From Candidatus Spongiisociaceae bacterium (GTDB taxonomy: Bacteria > Actinomycetota > Acidimicrobiia > Spongiisociales > Spongiisociaceae): 64,000 bases of DNA. The notes beneath the pieces are model-generated. The model was not told where the DNA came from. It saw nothing but the letters and a program-made list of their open reading frames with translations, and did not search any database. The DNA lies in contig OZ253564.1 in NCBI GenBank assembly GCA_965262915.1, positions 1,952,001 to 2,016,000 of the forward strand, in the 5' to 3' direction. A program made the position numbers and the translations under genes. Shown here one piece after another: positions 20,224-29,075 of the stretch (position 1 is its first letter; each line of letters starts with the position of its first letter).

Positions 20224-21114
20224 ATGGTGCCCGAAATGCACGCACCTTCGAAACCTCGGCTTGGCCGGTTACGGAAGACCCGTGCCGCGTTGCGCGGTAT
20301 CCCGAAGCTCCCGATGCTCGTTGTGCTGACTACGGTGTTCCTCGCGCTCTTCGGAGAGGCGATCGCTCCGTACGGACCAACGACGATCGATCTTGCCAAC
20401 GCCCGTCTCCCCCCGTTTTGGGCAGGAGACGGCAGTACACAGTTTCTCCTCGGAACCGACGAGTTAGGCCGTGACGTCCTGAGCCGCGTGATAGTGGGAG
20501 CCAGAGTATCCCTCGGCGTAGCCGTCGTCACTATCGCCGTCGGAGGGATTATCGGCACCACTCTGGGGATCTGGGCCGGGTACGCAGGCGGGTTAACGGA
20601 TGTCGTCATAATGCGTATCGTCGACGGCTTCCTGGCGTTTCCCGCCATTCTCATCGCGCTCGTGTTCTCAGTGACGGTCGGTCCGGGCTTCGGTGTCGTC
20701 GTGCTCGTGCTCGCGTTGATGCTGTGGTCGCGTTACGCCCGCCTCATCCGGGGCGAGGTCTTGAGTCTACGCGACCGTGATTTCGTGAACCTGGCGAGGG
20801 TGGCTGGAGCTTCGCCGTTCCGAATAGTGCTCGTACACATCTTTCCCAATGTGCTGAGCACTTTGCTGGTTCTGTCGACACTGCAGGTCGGGTGGGCTAT
20901 TACCGTGGAGGCAACCCTTAGCTTCCTCGGAGCGGGTGTCCCGCCACCCGATCCGACGTGGGGCGGCATGGTGGCCGGTGGGCAGGATCTCCTCAGACGG
21001 GAGTGGTGGGTGTCGGTCTTCCCGGGGGTAGCCATCGGAGCCGTCGTACTGTCATTCAACTTGCTGGGCGATTGGATCCGTGACGCGCTCGATCCCAAGC
21101 TGCGGCAGTTGTAG
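20224..21114 (+). CDS. ABC permease (OppC-like)
   Basis: LLGTDELGRD, EATLSFLG, FNLLGD and DPK. Confidence 0.93.
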   Translation: MVPEMHAPSKPRLGRLRKTRAALRGIPKLPMLVVLTTVFLALFGEAIAPYGPTTIDLANARLPPFWAGDGSTQFLLGTDELGRDVLSRVIVGARVSLGVAVVTIAVGGIIGTTLGIWAGYAGGLTDVVIMRIVDGFLAFPAILIALVFSVTVGPGFGVVVLVLALMLWSRYARLIRGEVLSLRDRDFVNLARVAGASPFRIVLVHIFPNVLSTLLVLSTLQVGWAITVEATLSFLGAGVPPPDPTWGGMVAGGQDLLRREWWVSVFPGVAIGAVVLSFNLLGDWIRDALDPKLRQL

Positions 21115-21169
21115 GGCATCAGGTATCGCGCCCCAAGTCCAGAGCGTTAGCACAGAAAGGCTGAACAAA

Positions 21170-22165
21170 GTGCAATTCGGAGCGACATTCCTTACCGATC
21201 CTCCGGTGCGCCGGATCGTCGAACTTGCCAAGAAAGCAGAAGATGCGGGCTTCGACTACGTGTGGCTCGTCGACAGTCAGGTGCTCTGGCAAGACTCGTG
21301 GATCGCGGCCGCGCTCATCGCGGAAGCCACAGAACGCATCAGAATCGGCCCGATGGTCACCAATCCGGTGACGAGGGATTGGTCGGTCATAGCGAGCATG
21401 CTCGCCGTGCTCGACGAAGTGTCCGGAGGCCGGATCGTGTGCGGGATAGGCCGTGGCGACTCGGCCGTACGCACCGTCGGGCTCAAGCCGTCCTCCGTCG
21501 ATGAGTTCCGCCGTTCGATCGGGGTCATCAAGGGCCTTTTTGCAGGAAGGTCGGTCGAGCACAACGGGGTGGACGTCAAGATCGAATGGGCCGAAGGGCG
21601 GGACTTGGAAGTGTGGGGAGCCGGATACGGACCGCGCGTTCTCAACGTCGTGGGTGGTGAATGCGACGGTTTCATCCTTCAACTGACGGACCCCGACATC
21701 TTCGAGTGGATACTGCCGCTCGTCCGCAAAGGTGCGGCTGCTGCCGGCAGAATCGAGGGATCGGTGAAAGCGATGGTTGCGGGCCCCGCCTACATCACCA
21801 GCGGCAACCGGGAGCACGCGCACGCGCAGCTCAGATGGTTTGCCGGTTCGGTGGCCAATCACGTGGCCGACCTCATAGCGACCCACGGTGTAGAGCAGTT
21901 CCCACCAGCGCTGACCACCTTCATGGCCGGTCGGCCCAAATACGACTACAACAGGCACGGCCAGGTGGGCAATCCTTCGACCGAGTACGTTCCGAGCGAA
22001 ATCAATGAGCGATTCTGCGTGATCGGTGAACCGCAGGAGCATATCGAGAAGTTGCAGCGGTTGCGGGACCTCGGGATGGATCAGTACAACATCTACTTCA
22101 TCCACGATGCGGTGGAAGCGACGATGGAGGGATATGGCGAACACGTGATCCCGGCCTTTCGATAG
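21170..22165 (+). CDS. LLM-class oxidoreductase, TIGR03842-like (probably F420-dependent)
   Basis: TDPP, GPMVTNPVTRDW, CGIGRGDSAVR, GYGPR, NHVADL and YDYNRHG. Confidence 0.85.
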   Translation: MQFGATFLTDPPVRRIVELAKKAEDAGFDYVWLVDSQVLWQDSWIAAALIAEATERIRIGPMVTNPVTRDWSVIASMLAVLDEVSGGRIVCGIGRGDSAVRTVGLKPSSVDEFRRSIGVIKGLFAGRSVEHNGVDVKIEWAEGRDLEVWGAGYGPRVLNVVGGECDGFILQLTDPDIFEWILPLVRKGAAAAGRIEGSVKAMVAGPAYITSGNREHAHAQLRWFAGSVANHVADLIATHGVEQFPPALTTFMAGRPKYDYNRHGQVGNPSTEYVPSEINERFCVIGEPQEHIEKLQRLRDLGMDQYNIYFIHDAVEATMEGYGEHVIPAFR

Positions 22166-22173
22166 GCCCAGGA

Positions 22174-23412
22174 TCAAACGGTCCGGGGGTCACCGGCCGG
22201 GAGCCTCCGGTTGTGCATGTATCGAGCCGTCGCGAGCAGCGCCGCAGCAATTACTGCCCACACCGCCAGAAGCGTCCACGCCATCTCGAACGAGGTTGTC
22301 TCGAGGACATACCCGAAGAGTACGGGGGTCACTATCCCGCCGAGAGAACCGCCCGTGAGCAACATCCCGGCTGTAGCCCCGGGATTCTCGGGATACATTC
22401 GCCCGAGCGCGAAGAACACGATCGCAGGGAATCCCCACCCGAAACCGAACGCCACGATCGTCCCGATGATCATGGCCGCGGGTGCCCCGGTGGCCAGAAG
22501 GGCGTAGCCGACGAAGCCGGCGGCGATCATCCACGCGGCAACCAGCAGATGGCTGTGAGTCCAGCGATCGGCGAGCCTCCCGGTGATCAGGCGTGCGACG
22601 ATGGACGACGCCCCACCGATAGCGAGTACAAACCCGGCTTCACCTTTGCCGATGCCGGCGTCAACCGCCGACTCGACCAGAAAGGTGCTCATCGTTGTTG
22701 CGGCGCCAAACCCGAACGCCACGGCAACCGCAATGATGGCAGGCCCGCGCAGCGGCACCGGTTTCCGGCGTTCGCCATCTGGATTCCGAGAAACTGCCGC
22801 AACTTTCGGAACTAAGAATAGAACGCACGCCGCCAGGATCCCCGCCCCACCGAAGACCCAGCGCCACCCGAGTGTCAAGGCAACCAGCGGCACCGCGAAA
22901 CCGCCGACGAGGGCGGCCCCGGGGGGACCGGCCTGCTGGAAGCCGAACGCGATGCCGCGCCGGCCCACCCGAACGGCTCGGGCGATGAAGGCGCTCATCG
23001 CCGGACCCGCCAGCGCGCTGGCCACACCGCCGAGCACGAGCCATGCCACCAGCGCTCCCCACGAGTCAGCGAAAAGCCCGATGCCGATCGCTGTGATAGC
23101 GGTTAGCGAGACGGCGGCCCGCATAGCGCGAGACGGCCCGGTGATGTCGACCACGCGACCGAGGGTGGCCGACGATAGGGTCACGATGCCACGAAAGGAA
23201 GCTGCCGCGATCCCGAGCTGGGTCGGTGAGAAGTCGAGGTCGGCGCGGAGTTGCACTGCAAGGGCACCCAGAAGAAAGGGCGGGGAGACCGCCACCAGGC
23301 TGACGGAACCGGCGGCGAGGACGGCCCGTCGCAACGATGGCGAACTTTCCTCGACCCTGCCGGACGGGCTTGCCGACTGCGGATCCACGTCGCCGGAACC
23401 TGTAGGCCTCAT
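22174..23412 (-). CDS. MFS transporter
   Basis: About 12 hydrophobic helices; GRVVDITGPSR and GRLADRW loop motifs. Confidence 0.85.
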   Translation of the reverse strand: MRPTGSGDVDPQSASPSGRVEESSPSLRRAVLAAGSVSLVAVSPPFLLGALAVQLRADLDFSPTQLGIAAASFRGIVTLSSATLGRVVDITGPSRAMRAAVSLTAITAIGIGLFADSWGALVAWLVLGGVASALAGPAMSAFIARAVRVGRRGIAFGFQQAGPPGAALVGGFAVPLVALTLGWRWVFGGAGILAACVLFLVPKVAAVSRNPDGERRKPVPLRGPAIIAVAVAFGFGAATTMSTFLVESAVDAGIGKGEAGFVLAIGGASSIVARLITGRLADRWTHSHLLVAAWMIAAGFVGYALLATGAPAAMIIGTIVAFGFGWGFPAIVFFALGRMYPENPGATAGMLLTGGSLGGIVTPVLFGYVLETTSFEMAWTLLAVWAVIAAALLATARYMHNRRLPAGDPRTV

Positions 23413-23498
23413 ACTCTGTTCACGATTGGAAGGATTGTGGCATCGTTTCGACGGTGGTGAGAGGTACCTATCCTGCAAGACGAAGACCGGAGGATCCC

Positions 23499-24566
23499 AT
23501 GACGACTCAACCGGCAATACTGCTCGGCCAGGACGACCTTGAAGCCATCATCTCCATGCGAGATGCTGTCGAGGCAGTACGGCGCGCTCACGTCGAATGG
23601 GCAGACCAGCAGGATCTCAACGCGATCTGTCATCGAATTCATACGCCGACCAATGTCCGTATCTGTACTCACCAGGGTGCCATTCCTGTGCTCTCGGCGG
23701 CGGGACTTCTCGTGCATTGCGAGCGGCTCGACGAGTCGGCAGACCAGCAGAGCTTCGCAACGGCCGACCCTCCTGTGTCCGTCGTGTATGACGCCGTGAG
23801 CGGCCGACTCCGCGGCATCCTCGTCGGAGAGCCGACCTGTACAGAGCTCCCGAAGACGCGCGGCGTCGCCGGCTTGCGGACGGCGGCCACCAGCGCTCTT
23901 GGTACGATCGCGCTGGCTCGGCGGGACGCGGTTACGGTGGCGATGATAGGCTCCGGCAAGCAGGCAGCGCTACATCTGACCGCTCTTCACGGCGTGCGGC
24001 CGCTACGGCGGGTTAGCGTTTTCAGCCGGAATCCGGACAGGAGACACCGGTTTGCAGCCACGATGTCCGGCGTCCTCGAAACAGCGGTGATTCCGGTCGC
24101 CACGGCCGCCGCCGCAGTCGCCGGCAGCGACATCGTGCTCACCGCCACCAACTCCATGCGGGCGGTGATCGAAGGGACCCTCCTTGAGCCCGGTCAACAC
24201 GTCACATCCATCGTCGGGGGTGGGCAAGGCTCCGGGCCGGTTGAGCCTCGCCGCAGCGAACTCGACGCGACAGCCGACGAGCGTGCCGCAGTGATTGGGA
24301 TGGCGTCCGTCGCTCAGGCACGTGCGGGCTTCTTTCCTCTCGCCGAGAAAGGGCAGGTGAAAGGGGAGACGGCGACTGCGGCGTATCCCCATTGGCACAA
24401 GTGCGTCGAGCTTCACGATCTCCTCACGGGCCGTCATACAGCCCGCAACGGGGATGCCGACATCACGATCTTCAAGAACAACGCGGGACAAGGAGTCGCC
24501 GATGTTGCTTTGGCGGGGGCCTTGCTCGATCGTGCCGCTGCCCTGGGACGGGGAACACCCGTCTGA
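23499..24566 (+). CDS. Ornithine cyclodeaminase/mu-crystallin family protein
   Basis: LRTAATSA, IGSGKQA, DIVLTAT, PGQHV and ITIFK...GVAD. Confidence 0.87.
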   Translation: MTTQPAILLGQDDLEAIISMRDAVEAVRRAHVEWADQQDLNAICHRIHTPTNVRICTHQGAIPVLSAAGLLVHCERLDESADQQSFATADPPVSVVYDAVSGRLRGILVGEPTCTELPKTRGVAGLRTAATSALGTIALARRDAVTVAMIGSGKQAALHLTALHGVRPLRRVSVFSRNPDRRHRFAATMSGVLETAVIPVATAAAAVAGSDIVLTATNSMRAVIEGTLLEPGQHVTSIVGGGQGSGPVEPRRSELDATADERAAVIGMASVAQARAGFFPLAEKGQVKGETATAAYPHWHKCVELHDLLTGRHTARNGDADITIFKNNAGQGVADVALAGALLDRAAALGRGTPV

Positions 24567-24780
24567 CCGGAGTGATCGGTTGGGGTGGCCGTCGGGAGGA
24601 TGGCAGCACTCGACGCCGTCTTGGCGGTTGCGACACTCGGTCCTCACGTGGACCGCCGATGCGGCCACGGGCTCCTGGCGATCTCGGATCGCGCAATCCG
24701 ACGCGAAATGCCAGAGATGGCTATCTTTGCATGAAGCGCCGAGGAGGATCGTTACGTCGGAGTTCTCAGAAACCGAAGAT

Positions 24781-25299
24781 GTGCCCAAGTACGCGGAACT
24801 CATGCTCCAAGGCCTCAAGGAGGCGGACGTTTCGATCGTCACGGCGCTTCCCGAATCACTCCTGAAGTCGCTCTACCGACTCCTGGCAGCGGATCCGGAT
24901 ATTCGATACGTCCTGGTTGCCAACGAGGGAGAAATGCCCGGCATCGCGGCCGGCGCCTATCTCGGCGGAAAGAAAGCCGTGATGATCATGGAGAACTCCG
25001 GCCTGCGCCAAGCGCTGGAGCCGATAGCTCGGTTCGCTCTCAGCCATCAGGTCCCACTCGTCATGCTGATGCCCTACCGCGGTGACTTCGGTGAACGGAC
25101 ATGGTGGGGCCACAGCCATGCCCAGACCATGGAGCCGATTCTCAACGCCCTTAACATCCCGTATCGCATTGTGCGCCGCCTCGACGAGATCAAAGCGGCG
25201 ATCGCCAAAGCTGTGACGCATGCCGATTCCAGCCAGTACCCGGCCGCGCTGATCTTTGCCGATGAGTGCCTGGAGACACCCCGATATGCGAAGGATTGA
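24781..25299 (+). CDS. ThDP decarboxylase alpha subunit (ComD-like pyrimidine-binding domain)
   Basis: LPESLLK, NEGE.GIAAGAYLGG, MENSG and YRGDFGE; start uncertain. Confidence 0.8.
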   Translation: MPKYAELMLQGLKEADVSIVTALPESLLKSLYRLLAADPDIRYVLVANEGEMPGIAAGAYLGGKKAVMIMENSGLRQALEPIARFALSHQVPLVMLMPYRGDFGERTWWGHSHAQTMEPILNALNIPYRIVRRLDEIKAAIAKAVTHADSSQYPAALIFADECLETPRYAKD

Positions 25300-25897
25300 C
25301 GGCGTGCGAATACTCGGCGAACTGCTGACCTCCGAGGACCTCGTGATCAACCGAGTCGGGCCGCTCAGCGACGACTGGTGGAACCATCGACCGCAAGGCG
25401 CCGACATGGCTTTCGCTCCGGTCATTCTCGGCTCTATTACATCGACTGCTCTCGGACTGGCTCTGGCACTCCCGCACCGTCGTGTCGCGGCGTTTGACAC
25501 CGACGGTTCGATTCTCATGAATACCGGCATTCTCGCCACCCTCGGCAACGAGCGCCCGACCAACCTGACCGTGTTCGTGTTCGACAACGAGGTGTACGAG
25601 AGCATCGGTTCTGCGCCGACTCATACGGCGGGAAACACGGACCTCGCCGCTATGGCCGAAGGAGCGGGATGTATCAACTGCGTCACCGTGTCCGGCGAGG
25701 CCGCCTTCGCCGGACACGCCGAGTCCATGCTCAATGATGACGAGATGGGGTTTCTGGTCGCCAAGATCGAACCGGGTCACGATCACTGGCCGTGGGAACA
25801 GCGCAAGGAGACCGACGGCGTCGAGGACAAGTACCGATTCATGCGTCACGTTGAGCGACTGGAAGGAACCACGGTGCACGATCTGAGGTTCTGGTGA
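25286..25897 (+). CDS. ThDP decarboxylase beta subunit (ComE-like), copy 1
   Basis: LGLALALPHRRV, DTDGSILMN...DNEVY pyrophosphate-binding motif. Confidence 0.8.
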   Translation: MRRIDGVRILGELLTSEDLVINRVGPLSDDWWNHRPQGADMAFAPVILGSITSTALGLALALPHRRVAAFDTDGSILMNTGILATLGNERPTNLTVFVFDNEVYESIGSAPTHTAGNTDLAAMAEGAGCINCVTVSGEAAFAGHAESMLNDDEMGFLVAKIEPGHDHWPWEQRKETDGVEDKYRFMRHVERLEGTTVHDLRFW

Positions 25898-26556
25898 TGG
25901 CGACACGCGGGAGTCCGGCGGGAATGACCCGGGTCGATGTCCTTGACACGCTGGCTCATCTGCTCGACGAGGAGGATATCCTGGTCACGATCCCATCGGC
26001 CCGCCGCCACTTCCGCGAGGTCACTCGCTCCATCATCGGAATGGAACCACCCCACAACACCTTCGCTCCGGTCGTTCTCGGATCGATCTCTTCGACAGCC
26101 TTCGGACTGGCGCTGGCGATGCCGCACCGTCGCATCGTGGCGCTCGACACCGACGGTTCGGTTCTTATGAACACCGGCATCCTCGCCACCCTCGGCAACG
26201 AACGTCCCCCGAATCTGACCGTCATCGTGCTCGACAACGAGGTTTACGAGAGTATCGGTCTGCATCCTACGCACACGGCGGGGTTGACTGATCTGGCTCA
26301 AATGGCAAAGGGAGCAGGGTGTCTGAATTGCAGCACCGTATTCGATGTCGAGCAGGTCGCGGATCGTGTGGGGAAGGCGCTGGATGACGGAGAGTTCGGA
26401 TTCATCGTCACGAAAATCGCCCCAGGGGGCATGCCGCCCGAGTGGAGCAAATCCCGGCTCCCCGGCGACACTGATGGAGTCGAAGACAAGTATCGCCTCA
26501 TCCGGCACATCCAGGCGCTGGAAGGCGTAGCGATCCACGATGTCCGCTTCTGGTGA
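25897..26556 (+). CDS. ThDP decarboxylase beta subunit (ComE-like), copy 2
   Basis: Paralog of previous gene (DTDGSVLMNTGILATLGNERP; both end HDxRFW); TGATG coupling. Confidence 0.8.
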   Translation: MATRGSPAGMTRVDVLDTLAHLLDEEDILVTIPSARRHFREVTRSIIGMEPPHNTFAPVVLGSISSTAFGLALAMPHRRIVALDTDGSVLMNTGILATLGNERPPNLTVIVLDNEVYESIGLHPTHTAGLTDLAQMAKGAGCLNCSTVFDVEQVADRVGKALDDGEFGFIVTKIAPGGMPPEWSKSRLPGDTDGVEDKYRLIRHIQALEGVAIHDVRFW

Positions 26557-26634
26557 GACGACCGACCGGCCGTAATGGGGCCTCGCTCCGCGTTGCGCTG
26601 CACGCGTACCCACCCCCGAGGCCCGAGCGGACCC

Positions 26635-28911
26635 GTGTCTAAGCACTTTTCGTCGGCGGCCGGCAGCACGATCACTAGGCAGCAGCAGCGTGAGCGATAC
26701 GGCGTGGGCTCAGACGCGGTGCGGCCCGATGGCCGTGCCAAGGTCCGCGGCGAGTTCGCATTCTCATCCGATCTTTGGGCAGACCGGATGCTGTGGGGAG
26801 TGACGGTGCGCAGCCCCCACCCTTACGCCAGGATTAGACGTGTCGATCTCACGGCCGCTCTTCGAATCCCGGGTGTAGCCGCGGTGATCACCGCCGACGA
26901 CGTGCCGGGACGACCCTGCTTCGGGATCGCGGTCAGCGACCAGCCGGTATTCGCTTCCGATGTCGTTCGCTATTCCGGCGAACCGGTAGCTGCGGTTGCT
27001 GCAGAGCGGCTTAGCACCGCAAGGGCCGCCGCGGCGGCCGTCGAGGTGGATTACGAAGTGCTCGACCCGCTGACCGATCCGGAGGCTGCGATCACTGCCG
27101 CACCCATCCATCCCGACGGCAATGTGTTCAGACACGTCCGCCTACGGAGAGGGGACCCTGAGGTGACGGGTGATGTGGTCGTCGAGGGTGAATACTCGGT
27201 GGGCATGCAGGATCAAGCGTTCCTAGGGACGGAATCGGCGCTCGCTATTCCGGGCAGCGACCGTGTGGATCTTTTCGTATCCACACAGGCTCTTCACGGT
27301 GACCACAATCAGGTAGCGGCGTCGTTGGACCTCCCGCCGGAAAGGATTCGGCTGCACCTCGCCGGTGTCGGCGGCGCGTTTGGCGGCAAGGAGGACGTGA
27401 GCGTGCACATCCACGCCTGCCTACTAGCACTGCGGACGGGGCGGGCCGTCAAGATGCACTACTCGCGTCCAGAGTCTTTCGTCGGACACGTCCACCGGCA
27501 TCCGGCACGAATGTGGTACCGGCATCACGCGTTGCGCGATGGAACCCTGGTCAAGGTCGAAGCACGAATCGTGTTCGACGGAGGGGCCTACGCATCGACC
27601 AGCGGGTTCGTCATCGGCAATGCTGTTGCCTTCGGGGCCGGTCCCTACCGGGTTCCCAACGCGGCCGTCGACGGCTGGGCGATGCGGACCAACAACCCTC
27701 CGTGCGGTTCGATGCGTGGACTCGGGACACCACAGGTTTGCTTCGGCTACGAGTCGCAGATGGACAAGCTCGCAGCTGCGCTCGAAATCGACGAGGTCGA
27801 GATTCGCATCCTCAATGCGCTCGAATCCGGGGACACACTCATCACAGGCCAGCGATTGGAGGGACCCGCTCCCGTCACAGAGTGCCTTCGTGCCGCTGCA
27901 AGCTTTCCGCTTCCGCGGCGTGCCTCGTCCGACCACCGGACCCTGCCGGGTGGTACAGGCCTGTCCGCCGACGAACGCCGGATCCGCCGCGGTATCGGAT
28001 TCGCGGTCGGATTCAAGAACCTGATGTCGCCGGAAGGCCGCGACGACTTCGCGACGGCACAGGTCACACTGGATCTGGGCATCGACGGTAAAGCGCTGGC
28101 CACGGTACGAAGCGCGGCTGCTGAGATAGGTCAGGGCTTCGTGACTCTGGCGCAGCAGATCGTGCGCACCGAACTCGGAGTCGACCAGGTCATTCTCGAG
28201 CCACCGGACACGACAATGGGCTCCGCAGGGTCCTCGAGCGCATCCCGCCAGACGTGGATGAGTGGCGGTGCCATCCAGCAGGCATGTCACAACATCTTGT
28301 TCCAGATCGAGAAGCGACGAACAGCCGCCGCATCGAACGAGAGCGCGACGCGAAGGGCCGGATCGCTCGAAGCGTTGCTTCACGCCGGTCCGGTAACGGC
28401 CACAGTCGTGTACCGCCACGCTCCAACGAAGCCGCTGGACGCGAATGGGCAGGGCACTGCACACGTGGCTTTCGCGTTCGTTGCCCACCGTGCCGTCGTG
28501 GACGTCGACCTCGATTTGGGGTTGGTGAAGGTCGTCGAGATTGCGACCGGCCAGGATGTCGGCAGGGCCCTGAACCCCGCCCATGTCGTCGGCCAGATCG
28601 AAGGTGGCATCGCGCAGGGCCTAGGGCTGGCGCTCATGGAAGAGTTGGTCGTGGATCAAGGTGTGATCCGCAACGATTCGCTCACCGACTACCTGCTCCC
28701 GACGACACTCGACATGCCCCCTGTGCGGATCGAACTCATCGAGATGCCCCACCCCGAAGGTCCGTTCGGCGCCAAGGGCGTCGGCGAGCCGCCGATCATC
28801 TCCTCTCCCGCCGCCATCGCGGCAGCTGTTCGGAACGCGGCCGAGGCCGACATCAGGCGGCTCCCTATTCTCCCGGAGCACATCCTTGCACCGTATCTCC
28901 GAATCGAGTGA
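26635..28911 (+). CDS. Xanthine dehydrogenase family molybdopterin-binding subunit
   Basis: RSPHPYARI, GGAFGGK, MRGLG, EIGQG, GQIEGG and GAKGVGE; start uncertain (ORF opens at 26575). Confidence 0.9.
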   Translation: MSKHFSSAAGSTITRQQQRERYGVGSDAVRPDGRAKVRGEFAFSSDLWADRMLWGVTVRSPHPYARIRRVDLTAALRIPGVAAVITADDVPGRPCFGIAVSDQPVFASDVVRYSGEPVAAVAAERLSTARAAAAAVEVDYEVLDPLTDPEAAITAAPIHPDGNVFRHVRLRRGDPEVTGDVVVEGEYSVGMQDQAFLGTESALAIPGSDRVDLFVSTQALHGDHNQVAASLDLPPERIRLHLAGVGGAFGGKEDVSVHIHACLLALRTGRAVKMHYSRPESFVGHVHRHPARMWYRHHALRDGTLVKVEARIVFDGGAYASTSGFVIGNAVAFGAGPYRVPNAAVDGWAMRTNNPPCGSMRGLGTPQVCFGYESQMDKLAAALEIDEVEIRILNALESGDTLITGQRLEGPAPVTECLRAAASFPLPRRASSDHRTLPGGTGLSADERRIRRGIGFAVGFKNLMSPEGRDDFATAQVTLDLGIDGKALATVRSAAAEIGQGFVTLAQQIVRTELGVDQVILEPPDTTMGSAGSSSASRQTWMSGGAIQQACHNILFQIEKRRTAAASNESATRRAGSLEALLHAGPVTATVVYRHAPTKPLDANGQGTAHVAFAFVAHRAVVDVDLDLGLVKVVEIATGQDVGRALNPAHVVGQIEGGIAQGLGLALMEELVVDQGVIRNDSLTDYLLPTTLDMPPVRIELIEMPHPEGPFGAKGVGEPPIISSPAAIAAAVRNAAEADIRRLPILPEHILAPYLRIE

Positions 28912-29075
28912 CGCGAACGAAGTAGGACAAAAAGTAGGTGGAAATACAAACTGAATAGAGAGTTGGCAAGTATCTGGCTAGATTGAGCGAAGGGCGAGGG
29001 CTGTAGTCGGTACGCTGAGGCCCGGCCTATTTTGACACCCCCTGTACCGGATCGCAGACCATGAAGGAGAAATCG

